Assembly (NCBI RefSeq): GCF_009914755.1
Contig: NC_060929.1
Origin: the human T2T-CHM13v2.0 reference genome, Homo sapiens
Length of the DNA: 64,000 bases
Direction: 5' to 3' (one strand)
In this document: one piece after another, positions 20,190-32,819 of the stretch
Numbering within the stretch: position 1 is the first letter of the stretch
How the letters are laid out: every line of letters begins with the position of its first letter
The notes under the pieces: model-generated
Told to the model about the DNA's origin: nothing
The model's input: only the letters and a program-made list of their open reading frames with translations
Databases searched by the model: none
Position numbers and translations under genes: made by a program

Positions 20190-23100
20190 ATAATTTTTTA
20201 ACTTTTAGGTTCATGGGTACATGTGCAAGTTTGTTATATAGGTACACTCATGTCACAAGGATTTGATATACAGATTATTTCATCACTGAGGTAGTAAGCC
20301 TAGGACCCAACAGTTATTTTTCTGCTCCTCTCCCTCCTCCCACCCTTTGCCTTCTGATAGGCCCCGGTGTCTACTGTTCCCCTCTTTGTGTCCATGTGTT
20401 CTCATCATTTAGCTCTCACTTATAAGTGAGAACATGTGGTATTTGGTTTTCTGTTTCTACATTAGCTTGCTAAGGATAATGGCCTCCAGCCCCATCCATG
20501 TTCCTGCAAAGGCCATGATCTCATTCTTTTTTATGGCTGCATAGTAATCCGTAGTGTATAGATACCATATTTTCTTTATCCAGTCTACCATTCTTGGGCA
20601 TTTAGGTTTATTCCACGTCTTTGCTATTGTGAATAGTGCTGCAAAGAACATACACGTGCATGTGTCTTTATGATAGAATGATTTATATTCCTTTGGGTAT
20701 ATACCCAGTAACGGGATTGCTGGGGTCGAATGGTAGTTCTGTTTTTAGGACTTTGAGGAATCACCACACAGCTTTCCACAATGGCTGAACTAATTTACAC
20801 TCCCATCAACAGTGTATAAGCATTTCTTTTTCTCTGCAATCTCACCAGCATCTTTTATTTTTGTACTTTTCAATAATAGCCATTCTGACTGGTGTGAGAT
20901 GGTATCTCATTGTGGTTTTGATTTGCATTTCTCTAATGATCAGTGATATTGAGCTTTTTTGCTGTTTCTTGGCCATATGTATGTCTTCTTTTCAAGAATG
21001 TCTGTTCATGTCCTTTGCCCACTTTTTAAAGGGGTTATTCTTTTCTTGTAAATTTAAGTGCCTTATAGAGGCTGGATATTAGACCTTTGTCAGATGCAGT
21101 TTGCAAAAATTTTCTCTCATTCTGTAGGTTGTCATTCTGTAGGTTGTCTTTTTATTCTGTTAATAGTTTCTTTTGTTGTGCAGAAGCTCTTTAGTTTAAT
21201 TAGATCCCAGTTACCAGTTTTTGCTTTTGTTGCAGAATTGCTTTTGGCATCTTCATCATGAAATCTTTGCCCATTCCTGTGTCCAGAATTGTATTGCATA
21301 TATTGTCTTCCAGGGTTTTTATGGTTTTGGGTTTTACATTTAAGTCTTTAACCCATTTGAATTGATTTTTATATATGGTGTAAGTAAGGGGTCCACTTCA
21401 GTCTTCTACGTGTAGCAAGCCAGTTATCCGAGCACCATTTATTGAAGAGAGAATACTTTCCCCATTGTTTGTTCATGTCAGCTTTGTTGAAAATAAGATG
21501 GTTGTAGATGTGTGGCCTTATTTTGGGGCTCTCTATTCTGTTCCATTGATCGCTATTTTTGTACTAGTACCATGCTGTTTTGGTTGCTATCGCCCTGTAG
21601 TATAGTTTGAAGGCAGCTAGCGTGATGCCTCCAGCTGTGTTCTTATTGCTTAGGATTTCCTTGGCTATTCAGGCTCTTTTTTGGTTCCATATGAACTTTA
21701 AAGTAGTTTTCTCTAGTTCTGTGAAGAATGTCATTGGTAATTTGCTAGGAACAGCATTGAATCTGTACATTGCTTTGGACAGTATGGCAATTTTAATGAT
21801 ATTGATTATTCCTAGCCATCACATGGAATGTTTTTCCATTTGTCTGTATCATCCCTGATTTCTTTGAGCAGTGGTTTGTAGTTTTTCTTGTAGATATCTT
21901 TCACCTTCCTGGTTAGCTGTATTCCTGGGTATTTTATTCTTTTTGTGGCAATTGTGAATGGGAGTTTGTTCTTAATTTGGCTTTCTGCTCACCTGTTGTT
22001 GGTGTATAGGGATGCTAGTGAGTTTTGCATATTGAGTTTCTATCTTGAGAATCTGCTGAATTTGCTTATCAGCTTAAGAACTTTTAGACTGAGACTATGG
22101 GGCTATCTAGATATAGAATCATGTTGTCTGCAAACAGGGATAGTTTGACTTCCTCTCTTCCTATTTGGATGCTCTTTCTTTCTTTCTCTTGCCTGATTGC
22201 TCTGTCCAGGACTTCCAATGCTTGTCAAATAAGAGTGGTTACAGAGGGCATCCTTGTCTTATGTTTTTCAAGGGGAATGCTTCCAGCTTTTGCCGATTCA
22301 GTATGATGTTGGCTGTGGTGTTGTCATAGATGGCCCTTATTATTGAGGTGTATTCCTTCAATGCCTAGTTGGTTGAGAGTTAACATGAAACAATGTTGAA
22401 TTTTATTGAAAGCCTTTTCTGCATCTATTGAGATGATGGTTATTGTCTTTAGTTCTGTTTATGTGACAAATCACATTTATTGATCCACATACATTGAACT
22501 ACACTTGAATCCCAGGGATAAAGCCTACTTGTTTGTGGTGGACTCGCTTTTTGATGTGCTGATAAATTCAATTTGCCAGTATTATGTTGTGGATTTTTGC
22601 ATCGATGTTTGTCAAGGACATTGGCCTGAAGTTTTATTTTTTTGTTCTTGTGTCTCTGCAAGGCTTTGCTATCAGGATGATGTTGGCCTCATAGAATGCG
22701 TTGGGAAGGAGTCTCTCCTCAATTATTTTGGAATAGTTTCAGTGGGAATGGTACCAGCATTCTTTGTATATCTTACAGAATTTGGCTGTGAATCAGTCTG
22801 GTCCTGGAATTTTTTTGGTTGATAGGCTATTACTGATTCAATTTCAGAGGTCATTATTGTTTTCTTTAGGGATTCAATTTCTTTCTGGTTCAGTCTTGGG
22901 AGGGTATATGTGTCCAGGAGTTTGTCCATTTGTTGTAGATTTTCTAGTTTGTATGCATACAAGTGTCCGTAATATTCTCTAATGGTTACTTGTATTTCTG
23001 TGGAGTCAGTGGTGTAATATCCCCTTTGTTGTTTCTGATTGTTTACTTGGATCTTCTCTTTTATTATTTACTAGTCTAGCTAGTGGCCTGTCTTAATTTT

Positions 23101-24674
23101 TTCAAAAAAAAAAACAGCTTTTGGTTTTGTTGATCTTTTGAATGCTTTTTGTGTCTGTCTCCTTCAGTTCAGCTTTGATATTGATTATTTCTTGTCTTCT
23201 AGCTTTGGGGTTGGTTTGCTCTTGCTTCTCTAGTTGTAATGTTAGGCTGTTAATTTCAGATCTTTCTAACTTTTTGATGTGGGTGTTTAGTGCTGTAAGT
23301 TTCCCTTTTAACTCTTCTCATTAGTTTCAAAGAGCTTCTTGATTTTTGCCTTAATTTCATTATTTGCCCAAAAGTCATTCAGAAGCAGGTTGTTTAATTT
23401 CCATGTAAATATATAGTTTTGGGACCTCTTCTTATTGGATTCTGTTTTTATTGCACTGTGGTCCAGGGGTGTGGATGTTTTGATTTCAGTTTTAATTTTC
23501 TGGGAACTGTTTTATGTTCAATTGTGTGGTCAATTTTAGAGTATATGCCATGTGGCAATGACAAGAATGTATATTCTGTTGTTTGGGGGTTGAGAGTTCT
23601 GTCCATTTGGTCAAGTGTCAAGTTCAGGTCCCGAATATCTTTGTTAATTTCCCTCCTCAGTGATCTAGTACTTTCAGTGGGGTGTTGATGGCTCCCACTA
23701 TTAGTGTGAGGGAGTCTGTGTCTCTTTGAAGGTCTCTAAGAGCTTGCTTTATGAATCTGGGTGCTCTTGTGTTGGGTGCATATATATTTAGGTTAAGTAT
23801 TCTTATGGAATTGAACTCTTTACCGTTATGTAATGCCCCTCTTTGTCTTTTTTTATCTTTGTTGGTTTAAAGTCTTTGTGAAACTATGATTGCAACCCCT
23901 GCTTTTTTATGCTTTCCATTTGCTTGATAGATTTTTCTCCATCCCTTTATTTTGAGCTTATAGGTGTCATTGCATGTAAGATGAGTCTCTTGAAGACAGC
24001 ATACCATTGGATCTTGGTTCTTTATACAGCTTGCCAAGCTGTGCCTTTTTTTAACTGGTATTTAGCATATTTACATTCAAGGTTAATATTGATATATGTG
24101 GATTTGATCCTGTTATGTTGTTAGTTGTTTATTATGCCAACCTGTTTTTATGGTTGCTTTATAGTGTCACTGGTCTGTGAACTTAGAGTTTTTGCAGTGG
24201 GTGATAACAGTCTTTCCTTTCCATATTTAATGCATCTTTCAGGAGATCTTATAAGGCTGGTATAGTGGTGACAAATTCCCTCAGTATTTGTTTGTCTGAA
24301 AAGGATATTATTTCTCCTTTGCTTATGAAGTTTAGTTTGGCCATATATGAAATTCGTGGTTGAATTTCTTTTAAGAATGTTGAATATAGACCCCCAATCT
24401 CTTCTGGCTTGTAAGGTTTCTGCTGAGAGGTCCACTGTTAGTCTGATGGACTACACTTTGTAGGTGGTCTTTCTCTCTAGCTGCCTTTAACACTTTTTAT
24501 TTCATTTCCACCCTGGAGAATGTTATGATTATGTGCCTTGGGGATAACCTTCTTACTAAATATTTTGTATTCGCTGGATTTGAATGTTGGCCTCTATAGC
24601 TAGGTTGGAGGAGTTCTCGTGGATGATCTCCTGTAATATGTTTTCCAAGTTGCTTCTCTCCCCATCTCTTTCAG
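20190..24674 (-). mobile_element. L1PA13-like element, ORF1 part to 3' end
   Basis: ORF1p fragment DLSAETLQARRDWGSIFNILK, ORF2p fragments, and 3'UTR cagattatttcatcac...aagcctagg. Confidence 0.9.
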
Positions 24675-25520
24675 TAAATGAAATACAAAATATATTTAAG
24701 CACTTCAGTAACAGTTTAGATAAAGCAGAAGAAAAAATGTCAGAACTTTAAGACAGGTCTCTTGAAATAACCCAGTCAGACAAAAATAAAGAAAAAAAGA
24801 ATTTTAAAAGGATGAACAAAGCCTGTGTGACATATGGGACACCATAAAGTGATCAAATATTCAAATTTTTGGTGTCCCAGAGATGAAGTGAAAACGAAAG
24901 GGATAGGAAACATATTTAATGAAATAATAGATGAGAACTTTGCAAGGCTAGAAATTTATTTACATATCAAGATACAGGAAGCTCAGAAATCCCCAAATAG
25001 ACATACTGCAAAAAGGTTTCCTCCATGGTACATATGGCCAAACTATCAAGAGTCAAAGATAGAATTTTTAGAACAGGAAAAGTATCTAGTCACTTACAAG
25101 GGAACCCCAATCAGAAAACATTGGATTTCTTAGTAGAAACCTTACAGGCCAGAGAATAGAATGACATATTCAAAGTGCTGAAGAAAAAAATGGCAGCCAA
25201 GGATATTATACCTGACAAAGTTTTCCTTCAGAATTGAAGGATAAATAATGCCTTTTCCAGACAAGGAAATGCTGATGGAATTCATCACCACCAGACTGGC
25301 TCTGTAGGAAATGCTTAGGGGAGTCCTATACCTGGAAGCAAAAGAATGATATCATGAAAACACATGAAAGTAAAACCCAAATGGTAGAACAAACATACAA
25401 GAGAAAAAATACACAGGATACCACTATAGAAAACCACCAGACTACAAAGATAAACAATAAAATATTACATATACTCCATTAAAATGTACAAATATTGTGT
25501 AGCAGTAAAAAAAGTTTTTA
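24675..25520 (+). mobile_element. L1MA-type ORF1 fragment joined to an L1 3' terminus
   Basis: ORF1p-like IFNEIIDENF...IQEAQKSPNR, then ccattaaaatgtacaaatatt. Confidence 0.75.
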
Positions 25521-26524
25521 AATCAAATCAGATATGATAGAAAGTCAGCCAAGATCAATTAGAAATTATTTAAAAACCTATTTGAAATGTAGCTCTACAA
25601 ATTCTGTTTAAATATCACTTATTTCATGTTTATCTTTTTAAATTTCATGTTTTGAACCTACGTAAGTAAATATAATTTCCAAATAAACTTAATACATAAA
25701 AAATAGGATAGTTCTTGATTAAAGAGATTTGACTTTAAATGAGCATACTAATACCCAGGTAAATGCAACCTTGCCATCAGAATAAGCAGCCTGACCTAGA
25801 GAATATTTAACATTACTCAATTGTTATAATGAGTGAACCAGAGTTTGCTTCAGGCTAGAGCTTCACAGAACTTTTATCACCATAGTTGCTAGTGAGTACC
25901 AGAATTACATTTTTCTGCCTAGTTTATTATGCTGTCCCTGTTCCCTAACATGAATAAACACAGAAATACTTAAAGTAGAAAGCAGATAAGTAAAAAGCAA
26001 AAGATTAATAGGTTATCAGTCTTCAGAGAATTGAATTTTGTTTTTTAAATGACTGAGTTTATATATTGGTCAACCAAAAAAAACAAGTTGCTATTGAGCA
26101 GGTTTTTTCTCAAGCTCTAATTAGCATGTAAATACACAAAAGAAAATTGTATTTCATGATGTAATATTTCTCAGAAATGTCATATTCATTTAGTAATAAG
26201 TAGACTATAGTTGACTTTCAAGATTTGCTTTTTCTGTACCAACAAATCCCCATGCTTTGAACTCTATGGAAATTAAAGCTAAATTTCTTTAAAGGAGTAT
26301 CATTATGTCTGTCTAGTTTATTCGATGCTAAAATAAGATATTCTTCTTAGAACTTTGCTCAAAGAACTAAACTGAATGAAATTCTCAAAGTATAAGATAC
26401 AAGGTTAAGTTGGTGATCAGAAGTTATAAAAGCAGTTGTAAAAATAAAACATGATAAATTTAGAAAATATTCTCTTGAAAATAATTACATTTGATCCCCA
26501 CAAATTTTTGAAGAAATCAGATAG

Positions 26525-26635
26525 TATAGATGAGAAATTCATGACCAAAAGAGTTAAATGACTTGCCCCAGCCAAGTGGCAGACCTAGGCAAATCTCCTG
26601 ACTTCATATCCTGTGTTCTTTGCTACCCTGCCTTT
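26525..26635 (-). mobile_element. MIR fragment
   Basis: gagttaaatgacttgccca...aagtggcaga. Confidence 0.6.
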
Positions 26636-26656
26636 AATGCACTGAACTAGAAGAGG

Positions 26657-27586
26657 CTACTCATCTGACAAAGGGCTAATATCCAGAATCTACAATGGAC
26701 TCAAACAAATTTACAAGAAAAAAACAAACAACCCCATCAAAAATGGGCAAAGGATATGAACAGACAATTCTCAAAAGAAGACATTTATGCAGCCAAAAGA
26801 CACATGAAAAAATGCTCATCATCACTGGCCATCAGAGAAATGCAAATCAAAACCACAATGAGATACCATCTCACACCAGTTAGAATGGCAGTCATTAAAA
26901 AGTCAGGAAACAACAGGTGCTGGAGAGGATGTGGAGAAATAGGAACACTTTTACACTGTTGGTGGGACTGTAAACTAGTTCAACCATTGTGGAAGTCAGT
27001 GTGGCGAGTCCTCAGGGATCTGGAACTAGAAATACCATTTGACCCAGCCATCCCATTACTGGGTATATACCCAAAGAACTATAAATCATGCTGCTATAAA
27101 GACACGTGCACACGTATGTTTATTGCGGCACTATTCACAATAGCAAAGACTTGGAACCAACCCAAATGTCCAACAATGATAGATTGGATTAAGAAAATGT
27201 GGCACATATACACCATGGAATACTATGCAGCCATAAAAAATGATGAGTTCATGTCCTTTGTGGGGACATGGATGAAATAGGAAATCATCATTCTCAGTAA
27301 ACTCTCGCAAGGACAAAAAACCAAACACCGCATGTTCTCACTTATAGATGGGAATCGAACAGTGAGAACACATGGACACAGGAAGGGGAACATCACACTC
27401 TGGGGACTGTTGTGGGGTGGGGCGAGTGGGAAGGGATAGCATTGGGAGACATACCTAATGCTAAATGATGAGTTAATAGGTGCAGCACACTAGCATGGCA
27501 CATGTATACATATGTAACTAACCTGCACATTGTGCACATGTACCCTAAAACTTAAAGTATAATAATAATAAAAAAAAAAGAAAAAA
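26657..27586 (+). mobile_element. 5'-truncated L1PA3-like (~930 bp)
   Basis: 174-aa ORF2p C-terminal ORF, 3'UTR aactaacctgcacattgtgcac and A tail. No TSD found. Confidence 0.95.
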
Positions 27587-27717
27587 CTGTCAGGAATACA
27601 ACATAACTCCGCTCAGTGAAATCAGGATATGCTTTGTTTAACTGTACTTGTGTACAGCTTCTTTTCTGAGCACTAGCTTGAATTTAATGGGCTTTAATAT
27701 GTTCATACATCTTCTAG

Positions 27718-27917
27718 GTTTCCGCAGACATGCAGCTCCAGTTACAAGAAGGCAGTTCCCACACGGTGCACACAGGATGGATTACCTGCACTTTGAGGAT
27801 GATAGCCGTGGATGGTGGTTTGACATGGATATGGTGATCATATATATTTATTCAGTGAACTGGGTCATTGGATTCATTGTTTTCTGCTTTCTTTGCTATT
27901 TTTTCTTTCCGTTTTAG
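27718..27917 (+). CDS. RNF180: Terminal coding exon of E3 ubiquitin ligase RNF180 (C-terminal transmembrane anchor)
   Basis: Acceptor catacatcttctag|GT (phase 1). Encodes [66 protein letters not shown], which I recognise as the RNF180 C-terminus. TAG at 27915-27917. Confidence 0.92.
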
Positions 27918-30900
27918 GAATTTCATACCTTACTACAATTGACCAATCATAAATGATGTAAATAACAATTGCTTAAACATTTTTAAATGTGCTTTGAAGT
28001 TTTTTTAATGTTGCATTATACAAATTGTTGATGTTTATAGAAAGCCTGAGAATAATGAATTTATTTATTAATGTTTTTCATGTAACAAACTAAACTTTAT
28101 TCAAGAGCTAACCTACCCAGCACTTAGCAACAATGCACTATTAATTTCATAGTTGTTCTTGGGTTAGGATTTGGGGCTCTGATTTTATAATATCACTTTA
28201 ATACTTATTTTGATTGTAAAAAACTGAAGTTTTCTCTCCACTTAAAAATAGTAAAAATACAAAAAGAAATGATAATCTAGGTAGATATTATCTTTACTGA
28301 TAAAATATTTAGTCAATCACCACTTATTCTCAGGCAAATTATATGTATTAAAGATAAACCATATTCTCTGGGAACTAATCTAGCAGGGTATATTCAGTTT
28401 TGGTTTCTAATTGTCACTACTTATATCCCTTTCTAGTACCAAGAAAACTGACTATTCTTTTTGTACAGATCTAATTAGTACAACATTTTAAATTATTATA
28501 AACAGAATACTAAATACAAATCATGAGACTAATCCCTACCAATAAACACTTTAGCTAGCTATAAACACTTTCCAGATTGAAGGATTAATCACCAGAAGAC
28601 ATGAAAAATTTACCGACTTTTAGTAGTCTAAAAGAGCAATGCATGGTCCAAAATGTAATTTAGTGATTCATTTAAGTAGGAGATGGTCAAATATATTGTA
28701 AATGTGCAATAAAGAGTGGCTTTTAATTTTTTTAATGTCTGAATAAAGTATTGTTATAAATAGGCTTATCGATTTTAGAAAGAAAACCTGACATTTTTAA
28801 TTACAGTAATCATTAATTTTTTTCATTATTAAAATTTAAAAATAAGAGAACTGAATCATTAGAACATGGAATTGGGGCAGGTAACCCAATTCAAAAAAGG
28901 AAAAACTGGAGCAGAGACTTAAGCTTATTTATTCAGTTATTCTGGTGGTCTTTGTGAAACCTGGGACAAAGTTTTTATTATGAATTACTAATCCAGTATT
29001 ACTACACTATGATGTCATATATCTGGTAATTCAATAAGCAAACTTTTACATAAAATAGGTGACTCTCTCGTGGCACTAAAAATACTACCACTATCCAAAA
29101 ACATTGGGATCAACTGGGCTTTAACAGTTTCAATCTATGAAAAGCCAAAATTTAAGCTAATTGCTACTAACTGTATTTCAATAAAAGCACTTGACTGTTG
29201 GTATGTGATGTTCTAAGAAAACTAGAAGAATGGTACTGATTTCTATTCTAATGCTGTTCTTATTATTGTGTTTTAAATTATATCTATTACAGAAAATAGT
29301 ATACACTAGACATCAAATCCAGAAATCAGAACACTAAGTACAATTTAGAAACACAGATAAATTTATACTTATAAATGGATATTTATAATTACTAATTGCT
29401 CAAAGTAAACATAAGGGAAAATATCAGCTCTCTTAAAATATATAGCAAGATTGAAAACACACATATGAGGAGTTGCATTATTTTAAGAACTTTAAATTGC
29501 AGCCATTTCCTAGGCAACTTCTGGTTTATACACTCTAGAAAATATATCTTGATTCATTCCTAAATCACAATAAAGGTTTTAATTATGTATAAACTAAATA
29601 AGTATTATTATAGATACAGATCTCTCATAGGAACAAAGTTGATTCCCAATATATATTTGTTAGGTCAGTGATACATATCAGTTTATAGATCTCAGTCTAC
29701 TAAATATTTATGATACCCTTAAATAAACATGAACCTTTAAATGAAGAAAGCATAATCTGGAAAAGCATTCAAAATGGATTGAGTATATTTATCTTGACTA
29801 ATAACTTGATCTGAAAATTATAGAATATTAAAAGAAGTAAATTCATAAAATTATAAATTACTAATCTTTAAAATATTCTTAAATTTTGTAAAAGTGGAGA
29901 TAAAAACTGCTAAATATTAAGAAGTATAGCATTTCCTAGATCTACCAGCTTATAAGAAGCCAGATAAAATCTCAGATGGAAAGAAACCAGTTTCTTCTGG
30001 TATGTAGCACACAGTAGCCATTCAAAATAAAATACATGGATGAGCTTTAGAGTAAAACAAAAAATTATAATGCTCTTCCTAAGCATCTCTCACAGTAAAA
30101 ACTCACTGTCCAATAAAGAGCCAAAGAAAGGAAAAGAAGAAAAATGTTAAAGTTAATGAAGCATAGTACTTGTCCCAAGTAATATTATTTAATAAGCTTA
30201 ATTTTATGAGTTATCATTATCAATAATTTCTATTTCTACCAAGCTTAATTATGGTAAAGGTTAATTTTAAACATGTTCACACATTCTTTTTTAAAAAAAT
30301 GCCCTAATTGAGGTATATTTCTGAATAGTTTCAGCAGGTTATTTTTTAATTTTAAAAAAGCAAATTCACAAACCTAGACCCATTTATTTTATACTCAGCA
30401 GAAGACAGGGAAATTTAAATTAGACAAAGTTGAAAAAGAATCAGAATTTATATTTTACAAAGCTTCTACCACTCTGAATCAACAAAATCAGGAATGGAAA
30501 AAAAAATTTCTGTATCTGCTGAATTATTAATGCCACTATAGTATTATATGCTAAATATGAAAGCAGTGCTGCCATCAGTTTCACTTCTGCCTTGGAATCT
30601 TGCTCCTAAGTTAGCTCTGTGGCATAACAAAATTCCAGTTAATAAAATTTTCATTTAAATGTCTTTTGTATGGCTAAATGAATATACAGATTCTTAAACA
30701 TCTAATTTTTATATGGATTTCTCAAAGAATGCCTTACAGAAGAGCATTCTCTGATTAAATGCAATTACAGTTGGAGTCTTTGATTCTTCACAGAATTCTG
30801 TAGTTGAAGCCAGAAAACACTGTCATTTAGGAAAGTGTTCCTAAAGGTTTGAATGCTTTAACATGCTCAACTCTTACTTCTTGAAGTGTTTGATTGTCAG

Positions 30901-30975
30901 TAAATTTTCGAAGAACATTAAAGTTCTACCAATGTAGAAGCATGAGGAATAAAAGATGGTCTGGATCAAGAATGC
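27918..30975 (+). other. RNF180: RNF180 3'UTR (end approximate)
   Basis: ~3 kb essentially repeat-free AU-rich tract after the stop codon, with several AATAAA. Confidence 0.65.
30948..30953 (+). terminator. Candidate distal poly(A) signal AATAAA
   Basis: Followed ~35-55 nt later by a GU/U-rich tract (acttgtactttgtttttg). Confidence 0.6.
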
Positions 30976-31744
30976 AGGAATATGATACTTGTACTTTGTT
31001 TTTGATAATTTTCATTGCTTATAACAATGAAAAACTTTAATATTTGCAGGAGACTAATATGAAATGCTACATTTCATAACTTTTATTCTGCGTGGCAACT
31101 TTGATTTGTGGTGGCTGCCTAGAATGCTTTATTGAGAAGGATTCTGAGGTTACATCCAGGATCCAGGGGGAAAAAGTTTTCTGGATCCACTGGCATTGAC
31201 CCTTATATAGAGGGGAAGGAGGGTCTTAAGGGAAAATTAGCCATCTCAGATATTTGCCATCCTTGGATAAGAGCGCAGAAAATCATTCATGTTTTAGAAA
31301 CTGGTATCGCCATTTGTTGAGGGGAACAAAATGTAGTTTCCTGACTATAATTAATAATACTATGATATAGTCCAATTTAGCTATGATATAATTAATAATA
31401 AACTACTTTCCAGTCTTACACTTGTCATTTTGCCTTAAAACAGAAGCTTAATAGGACCTAATTGTGAATTACATCAATTTTTAAATCATAATGATATAGC
31501 TACAGTGTAGTTTAATTTTCTCATTTCAGAAAAAAGTGAACTGTTGTTCAAAAAATGAAGTAGAGTTCTGATTTGCAAATTCTACAGAACTAAATGGACA
31601 CTACTGGCTATTCTGATTCCAATATTGCAAGTAAATCGGGCAGACAGGAATATAGTACAGAAGTCAACCTAGATCAGAAGTCAACAGCAATGCCTTTTAA
31701 ACCTTCATATGCCTACATTAAATCTTGGTAAAATGTATATTTTT

Positions 31745-31842
31745 ATTCAGAAGGTGTAGGGTAGACCTGAGATTCTGCATTGCTAATAAGCAGTCAGTGA
31801 TACTGATCTGCTGCCCCATGGACCACACCTGGGATAGCAAGA
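31745..31842. mobile_element. MER5A/B fragment
   Basis: cctgagattctgcattgctaataagc...ccatggaccacac. Confidence 0.65.
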
Positions 31843-32529
31843 AACTAAAGGAAGCACATCTGAAAAGGTGGCCATGAATCTTGCTTTCTTATCATTAACT
31901 GTCCCCAAAAGACAAATTTCACATTGTTTTTGCATTTGAGAATTACACAATACTGGTTATCCAATATAAAGGAAGAATAATGAATTATGCTATAAGTAAT
32001 TTTATATAAATCTGTTGAATAAGTTTTTGACATTATCTGGCACATATTAAAGTCTAGGTATCAATATGTAAGTATTTTATTTACAATCTGTAATTCAAAC
32101 TTTTTCTTTTCTTTAAACAAAAAAAAATGATTTTCCTACTTTTTCCCTATTCTCTCTCATTACCCATTCTTTCTTTGGCTATCTCTATCTAGACTCTATT
32201 CATATAGAACAAATGTGAGATAATATATAGTCACTTATAATACCACATCTGGAAATAGAAAACAAAATATACTCTGGCACTTCTGCTCACTTCTAAATTT
32301 TAGTACACATTATAACTGCAAAATCAAGAGACCTTATCGTCATCCTGGGTTATATGACTAAAATTCACTTCATCTTTCTTTCCTCATTTCCTCACCTTGT
32401 GCATAACACAAACCTTCCCATAATTCTGCTGCAATAAAATTCAATTTACAAGAAGATTGTGAATTGAAACACCTATTATCCATATATTTTCATGGTGATT
32501 CTTCATAATATAAGGAGGAGGAGCTACAG

Positions 32530-32760
32530 TTGTTCAATGCTAAATATATGCCAGGTACTATACAGTGTTTTGCACACAGTATCTCATTTCATATAACAAC
32601 CCTAAAATACTTTTGTTACCACGTCCATTTTATAGACAAGAAGATTGGAGCTCAAAGAGGTTAACTAGCTTTCTTAAAGTCCTGTAGCTACCAGTGGTAC
32701 AGCTAGGAGTCCAAACCCAGGTCTGACTAGTTCTTGAGGCTATATTCTTGTCACTGCATA
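32530..32760 (-). mobile_element. MIR
   Basis: ccattttatagacaag...agaggttaa...caaacccaggtctgact. Confidence 0.75.
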
Positions 32761-32819
32761 CACCTACAAAGTTCAATTCCTGAATTAGTTTTTCTTTAAC
32801 AGTAAAAAGTAAAACAAAA

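Noticed and set aside
20120-20200. AT-only quasi-palindromic tract
   Set aside because: Low-complexity sequence at an L1 tail. Symmetry expected by chance.
27648-27717. N-terminal part of the 89-aa ORF ([10 protein letters not shown]...)
   Set aside because: Lies upstream of the splice acceptor at 27716-27717. It is intronic read-through, not a stand-alone small gene.
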